Of a DNA stretch of 64,000 nucleotides, positions 10,078 to 21,200 are shown piece by piece (positions within the stretch are counted from its first letter, which is position 1; every line of letters starts with the position of its first letter). Below the pieces are notes generated by a model that was given only the letters and a program-made list of their open reading frames with translations, ran no database searches and was not told the DNA's origin. The position numbers were made by a program, and so were the translations under genes. The DNA is from Candidatus Jordarchaeales archaeon (GTDB lineage Archaea; Asgardarchaeota; Jordiarchaeia; Jordiarchaeales; Freyrarchaeaceae): NCBI GenBank assembly GCA_038858525.1, contig JAWCFL010000001.1, forward strand, positions 2,053-66,052. The letters run 5' to 3'.

Positions 10078-11355
10078 TCATAGAACTTTAGATTCCAAGT
10101 CCATTATTGCTTCTTGGAAATACCTGTAGGGTACATCTGAAGCGGCGAACAGTATTCTTCCAATTTTGTCTTTTAATGGGGCTTTTTCCGGGTATCCCCA
10201 GTCATATAATGGTTTATTAAGAAGCGCTTCTAGTCCGAGTGGAATTGTTGCTTTCGCCATAAATGAAAGGTCAGAAAGCATTTTGATGCCGTGCTTTTCC
10301 AAGTAACTTTCAGGTTCGAGGAGGCTTTCTCGCTTAAGATCATGAACTCTCTTAATTGCCGAGTCAAGATACAACTGCATTTTTTTAATTTCTTCGGTAA
10401 CGTCGCTACCCAGAATATTTCCGTATTTGTTCAGGAGACCGTCAGTTTCGTGGGAAATAGCGGATATAGGAGCTTGCCATATTATCTTCGAGAGCTTACC
10501 GAGAGCCCTTTTGACTTCATCATCGCTCGTTTCCTTCTTTAACTCACTAATTTTTCTGTCTAAATAAATAACAGAATTCAAAAAGCCGTCCAAGTCAACT
10601 TTAAGTTTTCCTTTAATTTCATCATAATCTATAAGGTAGAATTTCTGAATTTCTCGTTCTAGCGTAAAACCAAGGTATGATGAAGTTTCTCTTATAACGT
10701 TTAGTATAAAAGTTAAAAACTTCTTTAAACCAAGCTTTCCGAGGATCTTAACTAATTTTTCTCTGATTTCCTTGAACCTTAATATTTTATCCTTCCTTAC
10801 AAGGATTAGAGCATGATCTCCGGGTTTAAAGTGGAAACAGTATTCTTTAAGTGCATCGCTAAGACTGGTTTTTTCTCCCAACTTGACCGGAAAAATGGAA
10901 GGGTAACCGTGAGCCGCCGTGTTAAAACAATAGTATGTTCTTCTGTTTTCAGTTGCGGGGTAGCTGAAGATTATAACTCGCTCTAAGTCTCCTGGGTGAT
11001 GAGCTTTTCCAGAAGCCACGGTGAAGCCTTTACTATAAGACAGCATAACGTATATCGAGTATCTTTCTTCGCGCTCAACCAACCCTGGAAGATTTAGTAT
11101 GAATCCTATTCTTTCTAGTACGCTTTTCCGGTCTTTAGCCCATTCGGAAGCTAAAAGGTAGAAGCTTCGCTTCTCTATGTCGCTTGACACCATTTTGAGA
11201 AGACCAAAAGCATCACGTTTTCTAGCGTATTCGTCTAACTTGTCAAAGAGTTCAGAGATAACTTGCATGCTTTTTTTGAGTACGTATTCGCGGCTACGTT
11301 CTTCATATATTGCCACTCGCCTGGGAAGGTATACTTCAACCTCCAACCTTTGCAC
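10078..11355 (-). CDS. Hypothetical protein (425 aa, no recognised domain)
   Basis: Long ORF with good coding character and no identifiable motif. Confidence 0.5.
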   Translation of the reverse strand: MQRLEVEVYLPRRVAIYEERSREYVLKKSMQVISELFDKLDEYARKRDAFGLLKMVSSDIEKRSFYLLASEWAKDRKSVLERIGFILNLPGLVEREERYSIYVMLSYSKGFTVASGKAHHPGDLERVIIFSYPATENRRTYYCFNTAAHGYPSIFPVKLGEKTSLSDALKEYCFHFKPGDHALILVRKDKILRFKEIREKLVKILGKLGLKKFLTFILNVIRETSSYLGFTLEREIQKFYLIDYDEIKGKLKVDLDGFLNSVIYLDRKISELKKETSDDEVKRALGKLSKIIWQAPISAISHETDGLLNKYGNILGSDVTEEIKKMQLYLDSAIKRVHDLKRESLLEPESYLEKHGIKMLSDLSFMAKATIPLGLEALLNKPLYDWGYPEKAPLKDKIGRILFAASDVPYRYFQEAIMDLESKVL

Positions 11356-11384
11356 TCTCCAAACACACTATTTTTGAACTTAAA

Positions 11385-11879
11385 TTAGTTGATTGAGTCA
11401 TGATCGGCTGATATCTCTTTTTCTCTTAAAACATTCGCAGTTCTTGACTCTCTCCTGACGCGTTTAAACATAATTAATACAGCAAGTAAATAAAAGATGG
11501 ATACAAGAATCAACAACGTAGTGAGATTTATGAATTTTGCTAAACAGATTCCAAAGCCAAGAGAAAAACCTGTTGTGACTCTTATCCAGTTTTTACTTTC
11601 TCTTCCAAGAACACTTTGCGTCCCCCAGTCAAGTAAGGCAGGCATCAACAAAAGAACGATTAATGCTACTGCAACCTGCTCTGTGATGTAAAGCCACCAC
11701 CAAAAATGCAAAACGAGAATTCCGGAGAAAAAACCTAATGTTAAACCGCTGCACCTAGCGCAAAGACGAACTTCATGGGTACGAATTTTTAAGCGTAGAG
11801 TTCTATGAGCATATTCCTCGGTATGATGAGAAAGAAGGAAAACCAAGAATTTCTTAATGTTTTTTGATGGTAACTTCAT
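11385..11879 (-). CDS. Membrane protein, DUF2085-like (CxRCxG motif)
   Basis: 164 aa; N-terminal ...HRTLRLKIRTHEVRLCARCSGL followed by 3-4 TM helices. Confidence 0.4.
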   Translation of the reverse strand: MKLPSKNIKKFLVFLLSHHTEEYAHRTLRLKIRTHEVRLCARCSGLTLGFFSGILVLHFWWWLYITEQVAVALIVLLLMPALLDWGTQSVLGRESKNWIRVTTGFSLGFGICLAKFINLTTLLILVSIFYLLAVLIMFKRVRRESRTANVLREKEISADHDSIN

Positions 11880-11947
11880 TTTAAAAACGCTCTTTTAATT
11901 CTATATAATTTGTGAAAGAAAAAAGAGGATTTAGGTTTTGCATTTCA

Positions 11948-12172
11948 TCATTCTCTCACTATTAGGTATATGATGAGCCCTATGATGCCTGTTAAAAGTA
12001 CTATTATCATCCAAAGTGCCGCTTCCATCCCTCGCTTTTCAGCATCACTATAAACCCATACTGCAAGGATTATTGCTACAATGCACCAAAGCACAACCAC
12101 AAGGTACAAGCCTAATCCAAATAACTGAAGTGGTAGTAACAACCAACACGACCTCCTTCCCAACCTAGACAT
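11948..12172 (-). CDS. Small membrane protein, PLDc_N-like
   Basis: 74 aa, two TM helices bracketing VWVYSDAEKRG...IIGLIIYLIV (PLD-nuclease N-terminal-domain signature). Confidence 0.4.
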   Translation of the reverse strand: MSRLGRRSCWLLLPLQLFGLGLYLVVVLWCIVAIILAVWVYSDAEKRGMEAALWMIIVLLTGIIGLIIYLIVRE

Positions 12173-12296
12173 TTTGTTCTATTTTTTAAATTTTCCACCT
12201 AAAAAATATTGCGTTAGAAGGAGAGCCAAAAGGGTAAAGATTTAACAGAAAGGTTGTCTAAGAGTCGAAATTGTTAAATCATTTTTAGAATTTAAG

Positions 12297-12884
12297 ATGA
12301 AGTGGTGGGGAGAGATGAAGGTAAGTATGGTTTTGTTTGATCATCCAGGGCCTGCAAATACTGACGAAACTTTGAGGGTTGCGAAAGACTTTGCTGAAGA
12401 GAATAAAGTAAGGGACATAGTAGTTGCTTCTACGACTGGGGAAACTGCTCTCAAGGCGCTTCAAGTGTTTCCTCCGGATAAGTTTAACTTAGTTATAGTC
12501 ACGCATAGTCACGGCTTTGTTAAGCCGGGAGAGCAAGAGTTTAACAGTGATACTAGAGAAAAGCTTGAAAGGAAGGGTGTTAGGGTTTTAACGTGTGTTC
12601 ACGCTCTTTCAGGTGTTGAACGAGCTTTTAGGAATAAACTTAACGTTTGGATGCCTGTAGACTTGATTGCCAGAACACTTAGATCCATTATGGGTGACGG
12701 ATTTAAGGTCTGTATAGAAATTGCTCTAATGGCTGCTGATGCAGGGTTGATTCCGGTGGACAGGGATGTAATTGCAATAGGAGGAACTGGAAGGGGAGCA
12801 GATACGGCGATTCTTCTTAGGCCGTCAAATACATCTAATTTCTTGGATTTACGTGTTAGGGCCGTCCTCTGCAAGCCTCTTTAA
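12297..12884 (+). CDS. Pyruvate-kinase C-terminal (alpha/beta) domain-like protein
   Basis: 195 aa; ...KVRDIVVASTTGETALKAL...NLVIVTHSHG... resembles the PK C-terminal regulatory-domain fold; start uncertain. Confidence 0.4.
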   Translation: MKWWGEMKVSMVLFDHPGPANTDETLRVAKDFAEENKVRDIVVASTTGETALKALQVFPPDKFNLVIVTHSHGFVKPGEQEFNSDTREKLERKGVRVLTCVHALSGVERAFRNKLNVWMPVDLIARTLRSIMGDGFKVCIEIALMAADAGLIPVDRDVIAIGGTGRGADTAILLRPSNTSNFLDLRVRAVLCKPL

Positions 12885-13693
12885 GAAAAATATTTTTTTA
12901 TTGGTCTTCCACATGAGGGACATTTTTCTTTTTGGGTAAAGTAATCGTTCAAATGCTTTTTACATGCCTTCCCAAAACAGAAGGGACATATGAGCTGCTC
13001 GCTGTTTGAAGCCAAATTTTCTCCGCATATCACGCATCTTTCCTTTTCGGCTTCTTTGACCGAGATTTTTTCCAGCCATTCAATCTCCTCGGGGGAGCCA
13101 ACTTCGTAGACGCCACCTTCTATCAGCATATCCCTAATTTGTATCCTGAGTTCTCTGGGAGCGTCCTCGGATATTAGAAGAATTTTTTCGGCTTCTTCTA
13201 AGAGGGAGCGCCCACTTAGTCTAGATGAAACCATTTGCCATATTTGTCTTAGAAGAGGGGGATTTTTAATGAATGCACCATAGAGGAAGCTTGCACACTC
13301 ATAGCTTCGACCTTCATCAAAGTAATAATCTATAGCCTCTTTAAAGAGACCGACTCTGAGTAGCTGTAGGACAGGATGACCCACTCCTTCTTCATCGTAT
13401 TTATCTAGGATTTTTTCAGCCTGCCTAGTTCTAACTATAGAATAAAACGCACAAACAGTTATGCATAGGAGGAAGATTAGGCTTAATGCAGGAAACGTAA
13501 TAGGATATTGCGTAAGTGCTCCATTCCAGCTGAGTGCTATCAGATTGTAAATTAGCCACATGAAGAAGTCTTCGTAACGGTTGTAAGTGTAATACATATA
13601 AATATCCACAGCGCAGTAGACTGCGAATGCTGCTGAGAGGAGGAGGAGCAAGACAAGTCTACGTCTTAACTTTGACTTAGCGATTTCCGTCAA
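12881..13693 (-). CDS. Membrane-anchored protein with C-terminal double zinc-ribbon
   Basis: 270 aa; N-terminal TM helices; C-terminal CVICGEN...CPFCFGKACKKH...CPSCGRP. Confidence 0.45.
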   Translation of the reverse strand: MTEIAKSKLRRRLVLLLLLSAAFAVYCAVDIYMYYTYNRYEDFFMWLIYNLIALSWNGALTQYPITFPALSLIFLLCITVCAFYSIVRTRQAEKILDKYDEEGVGHPVLQLLRVGLFKEAIDYYFDEGRSYECASFLYGAFIKNPPLLRQIWQMVSSRLSGRSLLEEAEKILLISEDAPRELRIQIRDMLIEGGVYEVGSPEEIEWLEKISVKEAEKERCVICGENLASNSEQLICPFCFGKACKKHLNDYFTQKEKCPSCGRPIKKYFS

Positions 13694-13794
13694 AAAACCA
13701 CCCTCAATGAATTTATTTCTTGTTCATAAAATTAATTTTTTGTAAAAAAATTCTCCCAGTAACCAAGCAATAACAGATTTACCAGTTATTATTC

Positions 13795-15408
13795 TTGGTA
13801 ATATATTATTGGAAAAATTTATATATTATGAGATATAGATTCCTTGAACAAATAAAAGAGGTGTCGATCGTGAAGATAAGAACGCCGCATGAAGAGCTGG
13901 AGAAGGTCGACGATGCGCCGATAAGGAGCTACGAGGAGATCAACGAGAAAATAAAGCGGGGAGACGTTGTCGTCGTCACAGCTGAAGAAATGATAAAGAT
14001 AGTTGAAGAGGAAGGAGTAGCTAAGGCAGCTAAGGATATAGACGTAGTTACAACAGGGACGTTTGGTGCCATGTGCTCAAGCGGCGCCTTCCTAAACTTT
14101 GGACACGCAGATCCACCAATAAAAATGGAGAGAGTGTGGCTCAATGAAGTCGAAGCATATCATGGAGGAGCAGCTGTAGATTGCTACATAGGCGTCACTA
14201 AAATGAGCCAAACCAAACCATTCAAGTACGGAGGCGGACATGTAATTGAGGACTTAGTGGCAGGGAAAGAAATTGAAGTTAGAGCCATAGCTTACGGCAC
14301 GGATTGCTACCCCAGAACACGCGTAGAAACCACGATAACTATAGACGATCTTAACCAAGCTATTCTTTGCAACCCCAGAAACGCGTACCAAAGATATAAC
14401 GCCGCAACCAACGGGCGTGACGAGGTTATATATACGTACATGGGTAAGCTTCTCCCTCATTATGGTAACGTCACGTTCTCAGGGTCAGGATGCCTTAACC
14501 CACTATGCAACGACCCAGATTACGAAACAATAGGGGTTGGAACGCGTATATTTCTGGGAGGCGGAATAGGATACGTTATAGGAGAAGGAACGCAGCACAA
14601 CCCAAAAGAACAGTTTGGAACATTAATGGTTAAAGGTGACCTTAAAAAGATGAAACCAAGATATTTGAGAGGGGCCGCCTTCGCTAAGTATGGCACAACA
14701 ATGTTTGTCGGAGTCGGAGTCCCAATACCGATTCTGAATCAACGACTAGCTTTGAAGACAGCGGTAAGTGACGAGGAAATAACAACTAAGATTCTCGATT
14801 ACGGTGTTCCGAGGCTTCAGAGGCCTGTCCTAAGAGAGGTAACTTATAGTGAGCTGAAATCTGGAAGAATAGAACTAAATGGTGAAACCGTTAAAGTGTC
14901 TCCGCTTTCTAGCATAAGCATGGCGAGAGAAATTGCTGAAACACTTAAAAAGTGGATAGAGAACGGGGAGTTCTTCCTCTCAGCCCCCGTAGAGAGACTG
15001 CCTCAAGACGTGGTCTTCAAGCCAATGAAAATGACGAAAGAGGTAAAGTATGTTAAAGCACTTATGAAGACGGCGGTCACATGCAAAAGAAATGACACGA
15101 TAGAATCAGTAGCTAAGACAATAATCTCCAAGAACGTTAACCACGTGGTAGTTGTGGACGAGGATGGCAAGTTAGCGGGAATAGTCACATCGTTCGACAT
15201 AACTAGAGCAGTAGCGGAGAACAAGAAGAACTTGGCAGAGATAATAACTAAGAGAGTTATCTTTGCGGAGCCAGATGAGCCTGTTGATGCTGCAGCGAGG
15301 AGAATGAAGGAGCACGACATCTCAGCACTTCCAGTTATAGATTCACAGAGAAAAGTAATCGGTATAATTACTAGTGAGGACTTATCCGGGCTCATTACTG
15401 GAGGATGA
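13795..15408 (+). CDS. Homocysteine-biosynthesis protein (DUF39/COG1900 domain plus tandem CBS domains; MA1821-type L-aspartate-semialdehyde sulfurtransferase)
   Basis: 537 aa; DUF39 core (...EEINEKIKRGDVVVVTAEEM...GAMCSSGAFLNFGHADPP...) followed by two CBS domains; the true start is probably later (13828 or the GTG at 13861). Confidence 0.75.
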   Translation: MVIYYWKNLYIMRYRFLEQIKEVSIVKIRTPHEELEKVDDAPIRSYEEINEKIKRGDVVVVTAEEMIKIVEEEGVAKAAKDIDVVTTGTFGAMCSSGAFLNFGHADPPIKMERVWLNEVEAYHGGAAVDCYIGVTKMSQTKPFKYGGGHVIEDLVAGKEIEVRAIAYGTDCYPRTRVETTITIDDLNQAILCNPRNAYQRYNAATNGRDEVIYTYMGKLLPHYGNVTFSGSGCLNPLCNDPDYETIGVGTRIFLGGGIGYVIGEGTQHNPKEQFGTLMVKGDLKKMKPRYLRGAAFAKYGTTMFVGVGVPIPILNQRLALKTAVSDEEITTKILDYGVPRLQRPVLREVTYSELKSGRIELNGETVKVSPLSSISMAREIAETLKKWIENGEFFLSAPVERLPQDVVFKPMKMTKEVKYVKALMKTAVTCKRNDTIESVAKTIISKNVNHVVVVDEDGKLAGIVTSFDITRAVAENKKNLAEIITKRVIFAEPDEPVDAAARRMKEHDISALPVIDSQRKVIGIITSEDLSGLITGG

Positions 15409-15412
15409 AAAC

Positions 15413-15799
15413 ATGAGGATGCTGGTTAGGTTTAACACAGATAAAGTTAAGGAAGCTGTTACGGCGAACGTCATTTTAGAGACAGGAGCAACCATAAACA
15501 TTTTGAGTGCCTTGCTCAACGAAAAAGGAGGAGAAATGCTTCTAGAAGTACCAGATGCAAAGGCAGAAGAGGTCAGGGAATCTTTTAAGCGAAGAGGCGT
15601 AGAAATAGAGGATAGGAAATATGTGGAAATACTTAGAGAAAGATGCGTAAACTGCGGTTTATGCTATTCTCTCTGCCCTGTTAATGCCATACAGTTAGAC
15701 ACAAAAAACTACGAGATAAATCTGACAAAGGAACTATGTATTGGATGCTTTAAATGCCTTGATGCATGTCCAGTTGAAGCAATAGTAAAGATCAAATAA
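15413..15799 (+). CDS. NIL-domain 4Fe-4S ferredoxin (MA1822-type partner of the DUF39 protein)
   Basis: About 128 aa. The N-terminal domain is NIL-like; the C-terminus carries two CxxCxxCxxxCP ferredoxin motifs (CVNCGLCYSLCP, CIGCFKCLDACP). The ORF-track start at 15374 overlaps the upstream gene; the M at 15413 was chosen. Confidence 0.7.
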   Translation: MRMLVRFNTDKVKEAVTANVILETGATINILSALLNEKGGEMLLEVPDAKAEEVRESFKRRGVEIEDRKYVEILRERCVNCGLCYSLCPVNAIQLDTKNYEINLTKELCIGCFKCLDACPVEAIVKIK

Positions 15800-16117
15800 A
15801 ATCTTTCTCCTTTTTTATTTATTTCCTTTAATTTAGGTGTATTCAAAGCCTAAAGCTTTCTCCTTCGTTTTTTAAATGTCATTTATGAGAGCGTCATGGT
15901 GAAACGAGAAAGCATAAAATGCCGTTCATTCAGTAACATTAACTTTCTCGAAGAGGGGAAGGATTCCTTCTTAAGGGATAATTCATTTTTCTTATGCATC
16001 AAGCGGAGAGGCTTTCCACTTTTCTTCTTGATAATTCCTAGGTTAGTTTCTTGAAAATGCATGGAGTTAAAAAGGTTTTTGCTTCATTAATCAGACACCA
16101 TGCGGGAGGACGTTTGA

Positions 16118-17137
16118 ATGGATGTGAGCAGATATCTGTCCTTAAAAAGCGTTACGTTATTTTACAATGGAGGCGCCTTATTAGAGTATGAGGGACAAAT
16201 TCCAGTAAAAGACGAAGACACAGTATATCTTATGCCAGTCGAAATCGAGCTAGCAGAGCATGTTTTTTCTACGTTAAATGTAAGCGACTTTGATGGGGGA
16301 GCAATAACCGGGATCATCTACCAGCCTCCTGAAGAACCAATTTATAGTTGTGATATTAAGAGTAACGATTTTATTAGATGCTTGTTGCCCAAACTTATTG
16401 GAAAAAACATTAACTTAGGACTGAAAGGTGGCGAAGCAATTTCAGGCGTACTCTTAGGGTTCGATGAAAATAAAAACGATGAAGGTAACGATGTGTTTCT
16501 AAATGTTCTTTCGTCTGACAAACTTTATCGGGTCAGTATGGTTTCCGTGGAACATATTACTTTAGGAAGAAATTACGCTCTTGAACTAAGAAGCTTTGCT
16601 AAGGGAGAGTTAAAGGCCTATGTTGGCTGGAAGCTTGACCCAGGAACCTTAGTAAAAGACAAACACTTGGTGAACGTTAAGTATTTTCAACCATTAGGAA
16701 AGGGATGGAAAACTTTCTACCACCTTTACATAACAGATGACATATGGGTTCTGATAGTTTGGTGTGAGATCGTAAACGCCACTCCGAAAGATTGGAAGGA
16801 CGTATCTATTATCCTCACAACGGGGGCACCACTTACAACAGCCACTTCTGAACAAAAAGACGGTGGGATAGTAGAGCATAAGATCAATGGCCCAGTTACT
16901 GTGCCCAAGCTTTCAAGGGTCTTAATTCCGGTATCTAAGCTCGATGTTAAAGGCGAATTACAACTTCAGATAGATAATTCAGGTAAGATGAGCATAAAAA
17001 TAAACATTACAAATGAAAGCGGGAAAGTGCTGTTGCCTGGAAAAATAACCGTGTGGAAAAACGACCGACTTTTGGGAGTAGGAGAACTGCAATTTATTAA
17101 AAAAGGAGGAACGGCATCGATCGAAATAAGAGCCTGA
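16118..17137 (+). CDS. Hypothetical protein (339 aa; beta-rich, possibly DUF4139-like C-terminus)
   Basis: Coding-like ORF; no catalytic motif. Confidence 0.45.
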   Translation: MDVSRYLSLKSVTLFYNGGALLEYEGQIPVKDEDTVYLMPVEIELAEHVFSTLNVSDFDGGAITGIIYQPPEEPIYSCDIKSNDFIRCLLPKLIGKNINLGLKGGEAISGVLLGFDENKNDEGNDVFLNVLSSDKLYRVSMVSVEHITLGRNYALELRSFAKGELKAYVGWKLDPGTLVKDKHLVNVKYFQPLGKGWKTFYHLYITDDIWVLIVWCEIVNATPKDWKDVSIILTTGAPLTTATSEQKDGGIVEHKINGPVTVPKLSRVLIPVSKLDVKGELQLQIDNSGKMSIKINITNESGKVLLPGKITVWKNDRLLGVGELQFIKKGGTASIEIRA

Positions 17138-17340
17138 AAAACAACTATTACTCAGAGACGACACTTCTCAACCGGTCTGCAAGAAGCTACCCACCTATTT
17201 GTTAATTTGGTAGGAATTTTTGCATATGTTTGGAAAAATTTATCTTTTTAATTCTGTTAGAAGTTTCCGTTAATTTCATGATCGCACTTAAGTGATATTA
17301 ATCAAATATGTCAAGATAGATGACACAGAGTTGAATAGGT

Positions 17341-18210
17341 ATGAAGGGCAAGTATGTAAAGTACTCGGATAAGGTTTTAGAATTATTTTACGGCAATAGA
17401 GACGCATCCATGTTTCTTCCACTATTGAAGTTGTTTGCGGAGCACATGGAAAGCGTCTGCGAGGCTTGTATGGAAAATAAGATGGTTTGCACACTAAGAC
17501 CCATGTGTCCTGATAGGAGATGGCTTAGTTTTCTCATAAAGATAGGGGCGCAAAAACGTGACTTACCGAGTTTCTGCTATAAAACGAGGATTAGCGAGAT
17601 TAAAGCGATCATAGAAAAATCTAGTCATATACATTTTAGTGATGCCATTCTTCAGACGGATGTCTTCCTTAATATTCTTTCAGGTGGAAGATCACGTCTT
17701 ATAGAGCCACTTAAAAACGGTGACCTTGAAGGTTTTACTGAGGGGCTTATAGCAGAGTTCAGGCGGCATATAGATGATGTTTCGTTTTTTGTTGGTGAAA
17801 ATTACATATTTGTTTTGGTGGAGGATAACATATTTCTTATCTATTTGGATGATGGGTTCGTTCTGATAAATCCCGAGGAGAAAACGTTTGATTCCATCAG
17901 TGAGTTTAATGATCTAATACTGGCGGTTAAAAATCATTACGAAATACCCATCTGGGTGGAGGAGGATTTTAAGGGGTTTCCTCGTATATTAGTGAGGGTT
18001 CCTTATAAGCCAGATGTGGAACAAGCTTTAGGCAAGTTTGTTGAAAAGGTGGCGGACAGCACGGAGCACGCAAGCTTCTTTCGTAACGATGAAAGCTTCA
18101 TATTAGAAGTTGAGTTTGGCGCTATTAATTCTTCTCTTACGTTCAAAAAAGTGCTTTCCGTGCTCCGACGTATAAGGTCTCTTTGTCAAGAAGTAACTAG
18201 AGAAAGCTAG
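17341..18210 (+). CDS. Hypothetical protein with Cys-rich N-terminus
   Basis: 289 aa; CEACMENKMVCTLRPMCPDRRW cluster near the N-terminus. Confidence 0.45.
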   Translation: MKGKYVKYSDKVLELFYGNRDASMFLPLLKLFAEHMESVCEACMENKMVCTLRPMCPDRRWLSFLIKIGAQKRDLPSFCYKTRISEIKAIIEKSSHIHFSDAILQTDVFLNILSGGRSRLIEPLKNGDLEGFTEGLIAEFRRHIDDVSFFVGENYIFVLVEDNIFLIYLDDGFVLINPEEKTFDSISEFNDLILAVKNHYEIPIWVEEDFKGFPRILVRVPYKPDVEQALGKFVEKVADSTEHASFFRNDESFILEVEFGAINSSLTFKKVLSVLRRIRSLCQEVTRES

Positions 18211-18224
18211 GTGAGGTATCAGTT

Positions 18225-21200
18225 ATGGCTAAAGACTTTGTGTCTTTGATTGCCAGTAAATTTGGTCTCAGTGAGGATGAAGCAAAAGTATATAGCTTAT
18301 TCATTCTGTATAGAATTCTTACTTTGGGGGAAATATGCTATCACACGGCTCTTCCTACTTCAAAGGTTGAGTCTATTATTCAGTCCCTTAAGGATAAAGG
18401 CCTGATATCCCATGTTCCAGGTGTAATTGAAAGATATGTAGCCGTAACTCCCTTCAGGGCGCTATCTAAAGTGGCAGGCGATTTTATAAAGACGGCAGAG
18501 GAGGCAGATGCAAAATTAAGGAAGCATTTTGAAGTTAGCAAAGCTGACATAAAGAGAGCTGTTGACTCCTTTAAGTCCAACTTGAAGGATTCCGTGACGA
18601 AAGAGCTGCAGACTCTGAGGGGAGAGGTAAATAAGGCGAGCGAGCTTTTGGAAAAACTAGTTCAACGAGAGAAAGCGGACTTAAGTGACATGATAAAAAG
18701 AGCGGAATCTTATTCCTTAGGCCAACTGGAAAGTTACAAAAGATTTAGTGAGGAGTCTTTAACTTTAGTTAAAAGTGAGGTCGAAGAAGAATTAAAAAGC
18801 GTTTTAAACGAAGTGAGAAGAGTCACTGGGCAAAGTGCTGAAAGAGCATCAAATACTCTTGCATCTATGCTAGACAATGCGAATGTTATGTTGGGAGAAA
18901 TTGAGAAAAAAGTGATAAAGGATGTTTCGAAGATAGCGGAAACGACTGCTCTGACGGCGGGCAAGATCGCCGAGAAAGTAATGGAAGCCAAAAGTGAGTA
19001 TGATTCTAAAGTAAGGGAGACTGTCGAAGTTGCTAAGGGGATTACTTCTAAAACGATAGATCTGTTGAGAAAAGAGCTGGATGAACGAGCTGGTTTAATA
19101 GAGAGAATAACGTCTGAAACAATACGAAAAAGCATAGAGAGAAGAAAGGAGCAGGATAATAAGTTAGAGAAAATATTGAGCACGTCTCTGAGAGGTTCAG
19201 CTTCAGAGATCGCTAAAAGTATTTCTTCTTTCTACACTTCGGCTTTAAGGCCTCTCTGGTCCTTAAGTAGAGAGCATGAAAAATGGATTCAAAATATTTC
19301 AGAGCGCACTAGTAAGCTTGTAGATGCAAGCATTTCGCGTCTTTCTTTCATGATTGAGGAAACGAAGGCAAAAATTGCTGAACGCATTAAATCACAGTTT
19401 GAAATTCAAGAAGAAGTATTGAGAGGATTTGGCTCAAAAGTAAGAGAGCACGTGACGTCTAGTCTTAGGGAGTTTGATGCGGCTTCTTCTTCGACTAGAG
19501 AGCGGTTCTCGTCAGTCATAATGGAGAACACAAAAGCCACTAACGAAACCTTCGAGAAAACGAGGAAAGCAGTTGAGTCACTCGTATCAGAGAACGTGGA
19601 GATTATAAGAAATATGCTGAAAAAGGTTGAAGAGGAAGTTCAGGCATCACTGGTCACAGAGAGAGAGGCCGAGGAAAAGGAGTTTTCTAAGTTTAAAGAC
19701 GCGTTTTCGTCTATGTTGGAAGTTTCTAAGCGTGAGTTGACCGAGGCAACAGGGTTAATGTCTGAAAACGCACTTAAGGAAATTTATACACGGACAACGG
19801 AATTTATAAATGAATTGAAAAAGCTGAGGGAGAAAGTTTCCGAGGCCATCGAGAAGGAATTGAAGATGGTCAGGTGGGAGGCTGAGGAGGCACGAGGAAG
19901 CATAGAGAGATTTTTGGTTCAACGTATCACCGGTATGGAGGAGTATGCAGAACGCGTAAAGCAGCAGTTGGAGAGTATGGTCAAAGAGAGGCTGGAGGAG
20001 CTGAGTATCAGTGCTGAAGCTGTCCAAGTAGGATTTGCTGAATCAATGGACAAGATATTAGACAGAGTTAGGGAGATAGTAGAGGACGCGAAGAATGGTT
20101 TTTCGGTTTTACTTTCCACGCAGCTATCTTCATTTAAGGAAAATTTAGATAAGCTTGGCATGTCATTTGCCGATGAGCTAAGCCGGCAGGTGGATGCAAC
20201 TAAAACGGAGGCAAACGAAATTCTTTCAAACTTTTCAGAGGAGCTAGAGCACAGAGTTTCAGAAGTTGAGACTTTAGCGAAGCAGATTATGGAGAACGCG
20301 GAGGCTATGTTTAAAAGACAAGAAAAAATTAGCAGGCAACTTAGAGACGTAGTTTCAACTTTCCTTGTCCAAGAAACAAAGCGATATATAGATTCTTTTT
20401 CTAATATTTTAATTTCTTTAAACGAACGCTCGGTCTCCCTCATAGAGTCGAAGATAAAGTCGTTGGAGAAGCTCAGAAACAATCTCGAAAAAGAACTTCA
20501 CTCCCTTATAGTTAGTGAGGGGGCGGCGATAGAGGAAAAAAACGCTAGTTTAAGAGAGACGGTAAACTCATATGTTTCGGAGAGATACAAGGAATACGTT
20601 GAGTCATTAGAGGGCGTTGCTAAAGAGGTTGAAGAGCTACTTCGCGAACATATTGAATATTATAAAGAGCACCTAGAGGGGCTTATAAGAGGCTTATCAG
20701 ACGCTCTTGAAGAAACTTTAGGAAGAATATCTCAGGCCTCTAACGCAGTTATAAGTGATGCAGCTACTCAATTGGATACAGAAAAGGAAGCAATTGCGGG
20801 GGAAGCAAAGATTTTAATCGAAGCTGCGAGTAAAATGCTTGATTTTTACGTTAAGAAGCTGAGGAGCAGCATTGCGGCCTCTTTAAATGATCTACTGAAG
20901 GAAGTATCAAGAAGAATAGAGAGCTTAAGGGAGGAGGGGGAAAGAGTCGAATCTTTAGTGAGGGAGGTCGTCGAGGCGGACTTTAAAGAATTTGAAGAGG
21001 CGCTCAAGAACTTAGAAGGAGCTTTAGCTTTAAATGTTAATAATGAAAAGGAAAGAACACTTTCCAGTGTTATCCAGTTAGAGTTAAAGTTACAAGATTT
21101 GCTAAACAAGGTGGGAGAGGAACTTGGCGCTTACTCAAGAGGTATACAGGAAGAAAGCAAAGGAATTTTAGATAATTACTCGAGAGAAGTAACAGGTCTT

